Source: Candidatus Sumerlaeia bacterium (GTDB taxonomy: Bacteria > Sumerlaeota > Sumerlaeia > SLMS01 > JANRJK01). Taken from it: a DNA stretch of 52,395 bases. Each line of letters starts with the position of its first letter. Positions within the stretch are counted from its first letter, which is position 1. The position numbers were made by a program, and so were the translations under genes. Location: NCBI GenBank assembly GCA_033764015.1, contig JANRJK010000035.1, forward strand, positions 1 to 52,395, written 5' to 3'. The notes beneath the pieces are model-generated. The model saw nothing but the letters and a program-made list of their open reading frames with translations, searched no databases and was not told the origin of the DNA. Positions 38,127 to 46,955 of this stretch are shown piece by piece.

Positions 38127-38283
38127 GGCGTCACTCCGGCAGCGGGGTTGCGGTTTCTCGGGGGCGGCTTGTCCGCGGATTAGTGTGGAGCATACCGCCC
38201 GGGGCGCCCATTCCGCAACCGGGCAGCGCCCCGCGCGCGTTCTTCCCGTTGCCCGCCCGCGCCGCGCGCCGCGGAATCCGCCC

Positions 38284-39282
38284 ATGGCCGACGCACCCCC
38301 CGAACCGCTTTCCACCGCCGACCGCATCCGCCAGCGCAAGGAGGCGGAGTCCGCCGCCAAGCCCGCCAAGGCGCGCCGCAAGCTCCCCCTTTGGCACGAG
38401 CTCCTGGTCGGCGCCCGCGGATGGGCCGACACGATCGTGTTCGCCTACATGCTCGCGATGCTGATCCGCACCTTCGGCTTCGAGCTCTTCATGATCCCGA
38501 CCGGCTCCATGACGCCGACGCTGATCGGCGACCAGGACCGCCGCGTCGCCTTCGTCGACTACGACGGGGATGGCGCCCGGGACGTGGTCTCCGTCACGAA
38601 CAACCCGAGCGAACTCCTCGTCTTCCTCCTCGACGGCGACGGCAAGCTGCGCCAGCTCCTCACGCTCGAAAACCTCCCCTTCGGATTCACGCGCGAGATC
38701 GTCAACAGCTCGCCCGGCCAGACCGACATGATCCTCGTGAACAAGTTCGCGTACTGGTTCTCCGAACCGGAACGCGGCGACATCGCCGTCTTCAAGGTTC
38801 CCGACCGCGAACCCCCCGCCGATTACCCGGACCGCCGCAACCCGTTCGACCCCTACAAGCCGATCTACATCAAGCGCGTCGTGGGACTCCCGGACGAGCA
38901 GCTCGCCCTGATGCCCGTGAAGGAGACGCTAGTCCCGCACGGCACGCCGGAGTTCCGATGCCGCCTGCGCGGCGTGGACGCGCGCGTCCGGGAACGCCAC
39001 TTCCAAGGCGTCCCCCTCTTCGTGAACGGCAAGCCGCTCGATGCGGATTCGATCCTCTCGCGGATCCCGCACTTCCCCGCCATCGCGGGAACGCCGCGCG
39101 CGGGCCAGCTCCCGCAGGCGCTCTCGACCGGTCCCGGCGAGGTGCTCATGCTCGGCGACAACCAGTCGAGCAGCTCCGACAGCCGATTCTGGGGGCCGGT
39201 GCCCACCACGCACCTGCGCGGGCGCGCGGTGCTTCGCTACTGGCCTTGGCGCGACGCGGGGTTCTTCGGCGGGGACGACTAG
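38284..39282 (+). CDS. lepB: Signal peptidase I
   Basis: IPTGSMTPTL (catalytic Ser), YIKRVVGLP (Lys), GDNQSSSSDSRFWG. Confidence 0.92.
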   Translation: MADAPPEPLSTADRIRQRKEAESAAKPAKARRKLPLWHELLVGARGWADTIVFAYMLAMLIRTFGFELFMIPTGSMTPTLIGDQDRRVAFVDYDGDGARDVVSVTNNPSELLVFLLDGDGKLRQLLTLENLPFGFTREIVNSSPGQTDMILVNKFAYWFSEPERGDIAVFKVPDREPPADYPDRRNPFDPYKPIYIKRVVGLPDEQLALMPVKETLVPHGTPEFRCRLRGVDARVRERHFQGVPLFVNGKPLDADSILSRIPHFPAIAGTPRAGQLPQALSTGPGEVLMLGDNQSSSSDSRFWGPVPTTHLRGRAVLRYWPWRDAGFFGGDD

Positions 39283-39357
39283 CGCCGGTGACAGCTTGCC
39301 CGCCCTCCGGCGGGGCGGTCTCTTAGCCGCCAGACCTCCGGCAGGAGTCGCCGCACC

Positions 39358-40239
39358 GTGGCCGACGAACAGGACAGCAACGAAGAGCAGCTCTATCCAT
39401 CGCCCTCGGCGAACGTGCCTCCGGCACCCCCCGGCGCCGCGCGCAAGGTCCGCGTGCCGCACCTCCTCCAGATGAAGCGCGACGGGCGTCCCATCGTGAT
39501 GGTGACCGCCTACGACGCGATGTTCGCGCAGCTCGCGGACGAGGGGGGCGTGGACATCATCCTCGTGGGCGACTCCGCGGGGATGGTGGTGCACGGGTAC
39601 GAGACGACGCTGCCGGTGACGATGGAGATGATGCTGCTCCACACCGCCGCCGTTTCGCGCGGCGGGCGGCGCGCCATGGTGGTCGGCGACATGCCGTTCA
39701 TGAGCTTCCAGGTCTCCGTCGAGGAGTCGATCCGCAACGCCGGGCGCTTCGTCCAGGAGGCCGGCGCCGAGGCGGTGAAGGTCGAAGGACGCAACGAGCG
39801 CGTGCTCCCGGTGATCGAGGGCATCGCCGCGGCGGGGATTCCGGTCATGGGCCACATCGGGCTGACGCCGCAGAGCGTCCACGCGTTCGGGGGGTTCCGG
39901 GTTCAAGGCCGGGGCGAGGAGGCGGCGGAGGCGCTAGTTCGACTTGCGAAAGCGCAAGAGTCCGCCGGCGCATTTTCAATCGTGCTCGAAGCAATCCCGG
40001 TCGCATTGGCGGAACGCATCACGCGGGAAATCGCGATCCCGACTATAGGCATTGGGGCGGGCGCGGCCTGCGATGGCCAAGTGCTGGTGATGCACGACTT
40101 GCTCGGGCTCAACGATTCGCCGCCGAAGTTCAACCGCCGCTACGCGGACCTGCGGGCCGCAACGCTGCGCGCCTTCAGGAAGTTCGGGCGCGACGTTCGC
40201 GAGCGTCATTTCCCGGCGGAGGGCGAGACGTACGGCTGA
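39358..40239 (+). CDS. panB: 3-methyl-2-oxobutanoate hydroxymethyltransferase
   Basis: MVTAYD, LVGDS, DMPF, AVKVEG, GHIGLTPQ, IGIGAG, DGQVLV. Confidence 0.97.
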   Translation: MADEQDSNEEQLYPSPSANVPPAPPGAARKVRVPHLLQMKRDGRPIVMVTAYDAMFAQLADEGGVDIILVGDSAGMVVHGYETTLPVTMEMMLLHTAAVSRGGRRAMVVGDMPFMSFQVSVEESIRNAGRFVQEAGAEAVKVEGRNERVLPVIEGIAAAGIPVMGHIGLTPQSVHAFGGFRVQGRGEEAAEALVRLAKAQESAGAFSIVLEAIPVALAERITREIAIPTIGIGAGAACDGQVLVMHDLLGLNDSPPKFNRRYADLRAATLRAFRKFGRDVRERHFPAEGETYG

Positions 40240-40377
40240 GGGCGCCAGCCCCGAGCCGGGGGACTAAATATAGGACTTCGAACAAAAAAGCTTGACCAAA
40301 GCGTATCGTCGGGGTCCGACTATTGCGTTCGCCTCATCCAGCAGGCGCGCCTTTCGACCGCGCGAGGTATAATCGTC

Positions 40378-40821
40378 ATGGAGACCCCCGCACTCATGTC
40401 TGTTCCGTCCAAGGACCACGTGATCGCCAATCGGCGAACACCGCGTTACACCTGCAGCTTCCCGGTGGTGCTCGAGGTGTTGATGCCCGAAGCCACCTTC
40501 ACCCCCAAGCCACTTCGCGGCACCATGCTCGACGTCTCGCTCACGGGCGGACGGGTGCTGACCGCCGGACTTTCCCCGGACCTGCACACGATGCTGCTCC
40601 GCGAGGTGCGCCACGCCAAGATCGAGGTCGACCTGCAGGACGGCCGCGCGCTGCTGCTCAAGGGCCGCCTTGTCTGGTTCGACCGCCGCAACGGCGAGTC
40701 CTTCGTCGGGATGCAGTTCAATCCGCTCAACGACAAGAACACGGCGGAGCTGCGCCGCCTGCTCGAGGACCTCGCCGAGAGGGGCTCGATCCTCAACGTC
40801 GAGATCCCCCGCCCGATGTAG
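40378..40821 (+). CDS. PilZ domain protein
   Basis: RRTPR (RxxxR) and DVSLTG (DxSxxG) c-di-GMP motifs; TATAAT at 40368-40373. Confidence 0.85.
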   Translation: METPALMSVPSKDHVIANRRTPRYTCSFPVVLEVLMPEATFTPKPLRGTMLDVSLTGGRVLTAGLSPDLHTMLLREVRHAKIEVDLQDGRALLLKGRLVWFDRRNGESFVGMQFNPLNDKNTAELRRLLEDLAERGSILNVEIPRPM

Positions 40822-40828
40822 CGCCGGT

Positions 40829-41098
40829 CTAGCCCCCGTCTCGGAACAGCCTGCGCAGCAGTCGCAACGGCCACGCAAGCCGCCGCCCCGCTCCCGCCAC
40901 AACGGGAGCGGGGGCGTCGGTGCGCGCCCATAGGTAGCCCGCGCACGGGTCGCGCCGCTTGATGCAGGAGCCGGGGGGGAAGGGCGCCTCGACCGCACAG
41001 CGCTTGCAGATGGTGCGCCGGCAGCCGGGGCACATGTGGAACTCGCGGAAGTCCGCCTGCCGGCAGCAGAACTCGCAGAAGAGGGTGCGGACCGACAT
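40829..41098 (-). CDS. Small Cys-rich (zinc-finger-like) protein, 89 aa
   Basis: MSVRTLFCEFCC...CPGC...CKRC...C...C; fills the gap just downstream of truB on the same strand. Confidence 0.55.
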   Translation of the reverse strand: MSVRTLFCEFCCRQADFREFHMCPGCRRTICKRCAVEAPFPPGSCIKRRDPCAGYLWARTDAPAPVVAGAGRRLAWPLRLLRRLFRDGG

Positions 41099-41111
41099 GG
41101 GCCGCCGCGCC

Positions 41112-42098
41112 TCAGCCCGGAGCCTCGGCTTCGGCCGTGTCGAACAGCTTGATCGGCTGCAGCCAGGGGCCGGCGTGCCCGGCGAGCGCCTTCGGGGGCG
41201 GCGAGAGCGGCGCGGGATCCAGCCGCGCGAGCGCCACCGCGTCGCCCATGACGCGGCAGAGCACCACAAGGCCGCCGCGCTGGAGTCGCTCGCCCGCGGC
41301 CACCTCGACGAGCTGAAGCGGAACCGCCTGGCCGTGCCGCAGCCAGTGCTCGGCGCCGGGCGTCAGGAAGCCCGCGGGGAACTGCGGCAAAGCGTCGCGC
41401 ATCGGGATGATGCAGTTGTGCAATGCCTCGAGGTTGTCCGCGTGCGCGCGCAAGTCGTGGAGCGTGTGCGCGTTCTCGACGTCGAAGGGTCCGACCACGG
41501 TGCGGCGCAGCGCGGTCAGCACGGCGCCGCAGCCCGCGCGCTGCCCCAACTCGTGCACAAGGCCGCGCACGTAGGTGCCGCTCGAGCACTCGACGCCGAA
41601 CTCGAGCGTGTCGCCCTCCATCTCCATCAACTCGAAGTCGTGCACCTCGACCTCGCGCGCCTCCACCTCGACCAGCTTCCCGGCGCGGGCGTACTCGTAG
41701 AGCTTCTTGCCCGCGACCTTCTTGGCGGAAAACGGCGGCGGCACCTGCTTCACGGTGCCGGTGAGGTCGTCGGCGATCTCCTGCAGCGCCTCCAGCGACG
41801 GGATGCGGCCGCCGGGGCCCGGCTGCACGTTCCCGTCGGAGTCGTACGTGTCGGAGACGAAGCCGAGGCGCATCGCGCCCTCGTACTGCTTGTCGGTGCT
41901 CTGGAGGTACTCGGAAAGCTTTGTGGCCTCGCCGGCCATGAGGATCAGGAGCCCGTCCGCGATCGGGTCCAGGGTGCCCGCGTGGCCCACCCGCCGGGTG
42001 CGGCAGAGTTGCCGGAGCTCGTCCACGACGTCGTGCGACGTCATGCCGGCGGGCTTGTCGACAAGGAAGATTCCGTTGAAGGAGGAGGGAGCGGACAA
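41112..42098 (-). CDS. truB: tRNA pseudouridine(55) synthase
   Basis: DKPAGMTSHDVV, GHAGTLDP, QVPPPFSAKK, CSSGTYVR. Start TTG 42098 (ORF open to 42131). Confidence 0.96.
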   Translation of the reverse strand: MSAPSSFNGIFLVDKPAGMTSHDVVDELRQLCRTRRVGHAGTLDPIADGLLILMAGEATKLSEYLQSTDKQYEGAMRLGFVSDTYDSDGNVQPGPGGRIPSLEALQEIADDLTGTVKQVPPPFSAKKVAGKKLYEYARAGKLVEVEAREVEVHDFELMEMEGDTLEFGVECSSGTYVRGLVHELGQRAGCGAVLTALRRTVVGPFDVENAHTLHDLRAHADNLEALHNCIIPMRDALPQFPAGFLTPGAEHWLRHGQAVPLQLVEVAAGERLQRGGLVVLCRVMGDAVALARLDPAPLSPPPKALAGHAGPWLQPIKLFDTAEAEAPG

Positions 42099-42182
42099 CG
42101 TGCGTGGTACCTCTCGGGCGCGTGCGGCCAATAGCGCACGCGCCGGAGCGTTGCCGCAAGCGTCAAGCGGCGGAGCCGCGGG

Positions 42183-42986
42183 TCAGGGCGTGCGCTTGGC
42201 GTTCAGCTCGCGGATCGCGGCGTCGGCGTCGGCGTCGCGGATCGACCCGCGGGGGGCCTCGTCCTGGTCGCCGGAGCCTTTCGAAGCCGCCGCCGCGGGG
42301 GCGGCGCCGACGCCGGGGTCGGCGTCGAAGGCGGCCAGTTCGGCGCGCTTCGCGGCGAAGGGTGCCGACGGGTCCGGTGTGCGGGGCGTGGTGGCGCGGG
42401 GATAATGGTTCGCGTCGCGCATCCCCTGCTCGTCGTCGTCGAACAGGTCGATGCCGACCCAGCCGAGCACGAAGTCCAGCGCCTCCTCTGGATAGACGCC
42501 GGCGTCGATGGCGCCGACGGGGGTGGCGACCTCCGCGCCGAAGCCGAAGAAGCGGCGGCGGCCGTCGTCCCAATAGGGCAGGTTCTTCAGTATGCGGCGG
42601 TCCTCGACCATGGACCACTTGCTGTCGGTGCTGAGGAAGCTGTTGCCGCCGACGAACTCGGTCTGGTGCAGGCTGCCGTAGAGGAGCGAAAGTCCGCCCT
42701 CCGTGCGTCGCTCCCGGGTGATGCCCAGGGCGCGGCGCTCCATGCCGTAGTAGTCGCCGCGGAACTGCACGTAGCCGGCCTGCGCGAGGCTCGTGGCGCG
42801 GGCCTTGACGCCGAGGCCCTTGCCTTCCTGCGGGATGCCGCCGCGCAGGCGCGCGAGGTCCATCAGGTCGTGGCCGCGGTCCTTCAGGTAGCCGAGCACC
42901 GTGGCGCCCGTGCGTTCGGTTTCTTCCGCCGGCGCGGTGGCGGCGGCGAGGAGCGTGGCGGCGAGGACGGGCAGGAGGCGGCGCAT
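42183..42986 (-). CDS. Secreted hypothetical protein
   Basis: Signal peptide [20 protein letters not shown]; '[11 protein letters not shown]' and '[18 protein letters not shown]'. Confidence 0.75.
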   Translation of the reverse strand: MRRLLPVLAATLLAAATAPAEETERTGATVLGYLKDRGHDLMDLARLRGGIPQEGKGLGVKARATSLAQAGYVQFRGDYYGMERRALGITRERRTEGGLSLLYGSLHQTEFVGGNSFLSTDSKWSMVEDRRILKNLPYWDDGRRRFFGFGAEVATPVGAIDAGVYPEEALDFVLGWVGIDLFDDDEQGMRDANHYPRATTPRTPDPSAPFAAKRAELAAFDADPGVGAAPAAAASKGSGDQDEAPRGSIRDADADAAIRELNAKRTP

Positions 42987-43124
42987 GGCGTGGTGGCTCG
43001 CTTGCGGGAGGTTGGGTGTTTCTCTCGCGCCGCGCCCGCCGCGTCAACCATGGGACGCGGCCGGGCGCTTCCATCTTGGCACGCTCCGCGCGCCGAGGCA
43101 GGTTGCCCCTTGGGAGCCCTCCGC

Positions 43125-43850
43125 ATGGCCGCTGTCGTCGAAGTCGTCAACCTGTCGAAGATCTACCGCTCCGGCGACACCGAGGTGTTCGCCCTGGACG
43201 ACGTCACGATCACCATCGAGGCGGGCGAGTTCGTCGTGCTGATGGGGCCCTCGGGAAGCGGCAAGTCCACGCTGCTGCACATCATCGCCGGCATCGACCG
43301 GCCGACGAAGGGCGAGTGCCGCGTGATGGGCACCGACATCACCGCGCTGTCGGAGGGACGCCTCGCCGCCTGGCGCAACGCCAACATCGGGTTCGTCTTC
43401 CAATCCTTCAACCTGGTGCCGGTGCTGTCGGCGCTGGAGAACGTCGAACTGCCGCTGCTGCTGACCGGGCTCGGCGCCTCGGAGCGGCGCAGGCACGCGA
43501 AGCTCGCGCTCGATCTGGTCGGCCTGGCGGACCGCATGCACCACCGGCCGAGGCAGCTCTCCGGCGGCCAGGAGCAGCGCGTCGCCATCGCCCGCGCGCT
43601 CGTCACCGATCCCCCCTTCATCGTCGCCGACGAGCCGACGGGCAACCTCGACGCGAAGTCCGCAACCGAGGTGCTGACGCTGCTCAAGCAGCTCAGCCGC
43701 GAAGGCGGGAAGACCGTGGTCATGGTGACGCACGACCCGAAGGCCGCGGTGTACGGCACGCGCATTCTGCACTTGGAGAAGGGCGAGCTGGAACGCGACG
43801 AGCGGATGAAGAGCAGCGAAGAGCTGCCGGTCGCCGGCGCCGGGCACTAG
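43125..43850 (+). CDS. ABC ATP-binding protein, LolD/MacB-type
   Basis: [40 protein letters not shown]. Confidence 0.95.
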   Translation: MAAVVEVVNLSKIYRSGDTEVFALDDVTITIEAGEFVVLMGPSGSGKSTLLHIIAGIDRPTKGECRVMGTDITALSEGRLAAWRNANIGFVFQSFNLVPVLSALENVELPLLLTGLGASERRRHAKLALDLVGLADRMHHRPRQLSGGQEQRVAIARALVTDPPFIVADEPTGNLDAKSATEVLTLLKQLSREGGKTVVMVTHDPKAAVYGTRILHLEKGELERDERMKSSEELPVAGAGH

Positions 43851-43875
43851 CCCGCCGCCCGGAGGGAATCCCGGG

Positions 43876-44019
43876 CTAGCGCGCCGCGAGCCAGCGGAGG
43901 TACGGCCCGAGGCCGGTCCACCACAGCACGGTGACGCAGATGCCGACGCTGACGCCGATCATGAAGAGGGCTAGCTGGCGGAGTTCCGAGTCGGGCTTGC
44001 GCGGTTCCTGCGGCTTCAT
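43876..44019 (-). CDS. 47-aa single-pass membrane protein (not in ORF track)
   Basis: MKPQEPRKPDSELRQLALFMIGVSVGICVTVLWWTGLGPYLRWLAAR*; ATG overlaps the upstream TGA (ATGA). Confidence 0.6.
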   Translation of the reverse strand: MKPQEPRKPDSELRQLALFMIGVSVGICVTVLWWTGLGPYLRWLAAR

Positions 44020-45143
44020 GGGGCGGGGGGCAGGTCCACCAGGGCGGCGCCGACCCGTCCGTCGCCGCCGTCCGCGGGCTCATTGATCCAGACCGCGGCG
44101 GCGCGTCCGCCGGACACGTCGATGCGGAGCTGGCGCGCGCTGGCCGGCGTCGCGATTTCGACCAGCGCCCCGCCGACGGTGCGCAGGGCGATGCGCCGCC
44201 CTATGGCGTCCTCCGCGAGCCACGCGACCGCGCCCTCATCCACCACGGCGGGATCGAAGAGGCGCGCCGCGGGGCGCGAGGACAGCGCCTCCGCGGGTGC
44301 CGCCGCGCTGCCGTCGGCGGAAGGCTTCAGCTCGAGCAGCGCGTCGGCGCGACCCTGCCGGTCGAGCCACACCGCCCCGGGCCGCTGGCCCGCCGGGCCC
44401 GCGTAGAGCAGCGGCATGCGCTCCGGCGGGGCGCTGAACGCCGCGTGGGTCTTCGGACCCGAGATGCCCCAGAGCGCCACCTCGCAGGAAATCAGCGACA
44501 GGCGGCCGTCGTCCCACGCGTAGTACCACAGGCGCGGCGCGGCCCCGCCCAGGAGCTGCGGCATCATCTCGCAGGGGTGCTCGTTGCGCGAGACGCGCTG
44601 CCGGTGCCAGATGCCGTCGAAGCGGCGGGCGAACCAGACGGCGCTCTCGCTGCCGGTCGACTCGGTCCACGCCAGCGCGGGCGAGTCGGGATCGAGGTGG
44701 ATCAGCGCCGGGGAGTCGATCTGGCCGCGCTCCGTGGCGGTCACGATGTCGAAGGTGTTGGCCCCGTCGGCGCCTTGCTCGCGCAGGAGCAGCGCCTGCC
44801 GCCGGTCGGTGCGGTGCACCCATGCGACGGAGGCTTCGCGGCCGCCGCCGGGAAACGCGAGCACCGGCAGGCGGTTCCCGCCGTCCAGCGTCTCGTCCGC
44901 GACGAACGGCTCGCCGCCATCGCGGGAGACCAGCAGGCGCCAGCGCCCGTCGGCGCCCATGCCGCTCCAGGCCAGCGCGAGCCGCCCTCCGTCGAGAGCC
45001 ACCGCGGGGTCCGCGGCGAACGTGTACGCCTGCGAACGCGCCACCGCGTCGAGCGCGCGCGGCGCGGCGGCGCGCTCCGCGGGGAGCCCGGCGGCGGCGG
45101 AGAAGAAGAGGGAGGCGGCGAGCGCGCGCAGAAGTCTGTTCAT
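44016..45143 (-). CDS. Secreted hypothetical protein, probable beta-propeller
   Basis: Signal peptide; repeated 'P.(V/L)A......(V/L)AW' blade-like segments. Confidence 0.65.
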   Translation of the reverse strand: MNRLLRALAASLFFSAAAGLPAERAAAPRALDAVARSQAYTFAADPAVALDGGRLALAWSGMGADGRWRLLVSRDGGEPFVADETLDGGNRLPVLAFPGGGREASVAWVHRTDRRQALLLREQGADGANTFDIVTATERGQIDSPALIHLDPDSPALAWTESTGSESAVWFARRFDGIWHRQRVSRNEHPCEMMPQLLGGAAPRLWYYAWDDGRLSLISCEVALWGISGPKTHAAFSAPPERMPLLYAGPAGQRPGAVWLDRQGRADALLELKPSADGSAAAPAEALSSRPAARLFDPAVVDEGAVAWLAEDAIGRRIALRTVGGALVEIATPASARQLRIDVSGGRAAAVWINEPADGGDGRVGAALVDLPPAP

Positions 45144-45267
45144 GGCGGAGCGGGTCTCAGGGAGACTCGGTACGATGGTGCGAAAACCGGGCCTTCACCG
45201 CAAGGAGGGAAACCAGCCGCCCGCAACCACCGTTGACCGCCCCCCGCGCGCGGCGCCATGCACGCGC

Positions 45268-46191
45268 ATGACACACCACGACCTCCTGCCCTTTCCCGCC
45301 GGCGAGCGCCCCGCCGCCTCCGCGCCCGCGGAACGCTTCCGCGCCGCGTTCCTCCGCGAGGCGTCGCTGCGCGGCTTCCTCCCGATGCACGCGGACCCTT
45401 CCCGCGCCGGGGGCGATCCGCTGCTGGGGGCCCTCGAAGCGGTCGAGGAGACCGGCGCCGTCCGCAACCGCTCCGAGTGCGACTTCGCTTCCTTCGCCCC
45501 CTCGGCGCCCGGCGGTCCGGTGGCGGTGGCGGTCCGCATCCGCGCCGCGTCGGAGTGGGAGCTGCTCGAACTGGCGCGCCTCGGCGCGGCGGTGTGCGCG
45601 CGGCTGGGCGCGGGCGCGGCGAGGCTGACCGCGCCATCCGGTCACGCGCTGCACGGCGCCGCGCGGGAGCTCCCCGCGTCCTTCCGGGAGGCGCTCGCGC
45701 TCGGCGAAGCGCCCGTTTCCGCCGAGCCCTTCCGCGCCGCCGTGGCGGGGGTCCTGGCGGACGGCGCGGTGGTGTTCGAGGCGGGCTCGCTCGGCCACTT
45801 GCTCGAGCGCCCCGGATCGAAAGGCGCCGCCGCCCTCGGCCTGCGCATGCGGATGCCCGCGCCCGCTCCGGAGCCCCCCCCGGCGCCGCGCGCCTTGGTC
45901 GCCTACTTCGACGAGGCGGTCCTGCCCGAGGCGTTCGCGCTCGCGGAGGAGCTGCGCGCCGCGGGAGTGCCGGTCCTCTTCGTGGCGGGCGCCAAAAACG
46001 TCGCCAAGCAGCTCCGAGAAGCGGACCGGCTCGGGGCCACCCTCGTGGTGCTGCTGGGTGGCCACGAATGGGGGCGCGGCGCCGTGGCGCTGCGGGACCG
46101 CCTCGCGGAAACGGAACGCGAGGTGCCGCTCGGCGCGGTGGCGGGCGAGCTGCTCCGCGCCGTGTCCGCCTCAACGATGGATGTGGGGTGA
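45268..46191 (+). CDS. Degenerate histidyl-tRNA-synthetase-like protein retaining the anticodon-binding domain
   Basis: C-terminal 'AFALAEELRAAGV...KQLREADRLGA..VVLLG..E...G.VALRD' is HGTP anticodon-domain-like; catalytic motifs not recognisable. Confidence 0.6.
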   Translation: MTHHDLLPFPAGERPAASAPAERFRAAFLREASLRGFLPMHADPSRAGGDPLLGALEAVEETGAVRNRSECDFASFAPSAPGGPVAVAVRIRAASEWELLELARLGAAVCARLGAGAARLTAPSGHALHGAARELPASFREALALGEAPVSAEPFRAAVAGVLADGAVVFEAGSLGHLLERPGSKGAAALGLRMRMPAPAPEPPPAPRALVAYFDEAVLPEAFALAEELRAAGVPVLFVAGAKNVAKQLREADRLGATLVVLLGGHEWGRGAVALRDRLAETEREVPLGAVAGELLRAVSASTMDVG

Positions 46192-46194
46192 GGG

Positions 46195-46272
46195 TGGTAG
46201 TCCCAACGGGATTCGAACCCGTGTTTCAGCCTTGAAAGGGCCGCGTCCTGGACCAGGCTAGACGATGAGACC
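46195..46272 (-). tRNA. tRNA-Glu(TTC)
   Basis: GGTCTCATCGTCTAG...CGGCC-CTTTCAA-GGCTG...GGTTCGAATCC...ACCA; encoded CCA. Confidence 0.97.
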
Positions 46273-46423
46273 ACCGCGGCGGGCGCATGGCGCACCCGCG
46301 CGAAGCAAAGAGGAAACCCGCCCCGCGCCGCCCGCGTCAACGCCAACATGCGGCCCCGCCGCGCGGCCGCGGAACGGAATCCCCTCGCCAACCCCGCCCC
46401 GCCACGGCACCCTTCGCGGGCGT

Positions 46424-46512
46424 GCCCGGGTGGCGGAACTGGCAGACGCATCGGACTTAAAATCCGAAGCTCCGCGAGGGGCGTGCGGGTTCGATCCCCG
46501 CCCCGGGCACCA
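46424..46512 (+). tRNA. tRNA-Leu(TAA)
   Basis: GCCCGGGTGGCGGAACTGGCAGACGC, TCGGA-CTTAAAA-TCCGA, long variable arm, GGTTCGATCCC, CCA end. Confidence 0.97.
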
Positions 46513-46681
46513 GCCCCCGCGCGCGGCGCGCCGCGGCGGATCGGCGCGAAGAGTGCCGCACCGCCCGCGCGGGCGCTAGCCCCCCGTGGGCACTTCGGGT
46601 TGAGGCCGGGGCGGATGCGTCCAGCCACTTCGGGAGATGCACACGTTGCGAGCGGTTGCCCGCGGCTCTTCTCCTCGATTC

Positions 46682-46876
46682 CACTTGCAGAGCAGGTGGC
46701 TGATGGAGGTAGTCCACCAGCGCCGCCAGTAGCAGGCTCAACCACCCATCTCATGGAGTACGATCTCCGATGAGGCACCTGCCTGCCGCCGGACTTCTCA
46801 CTTTGGCCGCCGCGCCCCTCTTTGCCCTCTCCGGCAGCGGTGATTCCGCCGCCGGGTCCTTCGACACCTTGGCGCC
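46682..46876 (+). repeat. Diverged direct repeat of upstream region + signal peptide (second copy about 50711..50905)
   Basis: CACTTG-N5-CAGGTG, 'gcaggctc(a/g)accacccatctca(t/c)ggag' and MRHLP(A/V)AGLLTLAAAPLFA occur in both copies. Confidence 0.9.
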
Positions 46877-46955
46877 GACGCCCGGCACGGGCACGGGCCA
46901 AGGCGCGACCACCTTCACCAACAACATCGGCGACTGGAGCTTGCTCAATCAATGA
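46770..46955 (+). CDS. 61-aa secreted mini-protein
   Basis: GGAG RBS, signal peptide, homologous to the 50798 gene N-terminus, ATGA overlap with the next gene, ends NNIGDWSLLNQ. Confidence 0.75.
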   Translation: MRHLPAAGLLTLAAAPLFALSGSGDSAAGSFDTLAPTPGTGTGQGATTFTNNIGDWSLLNQ

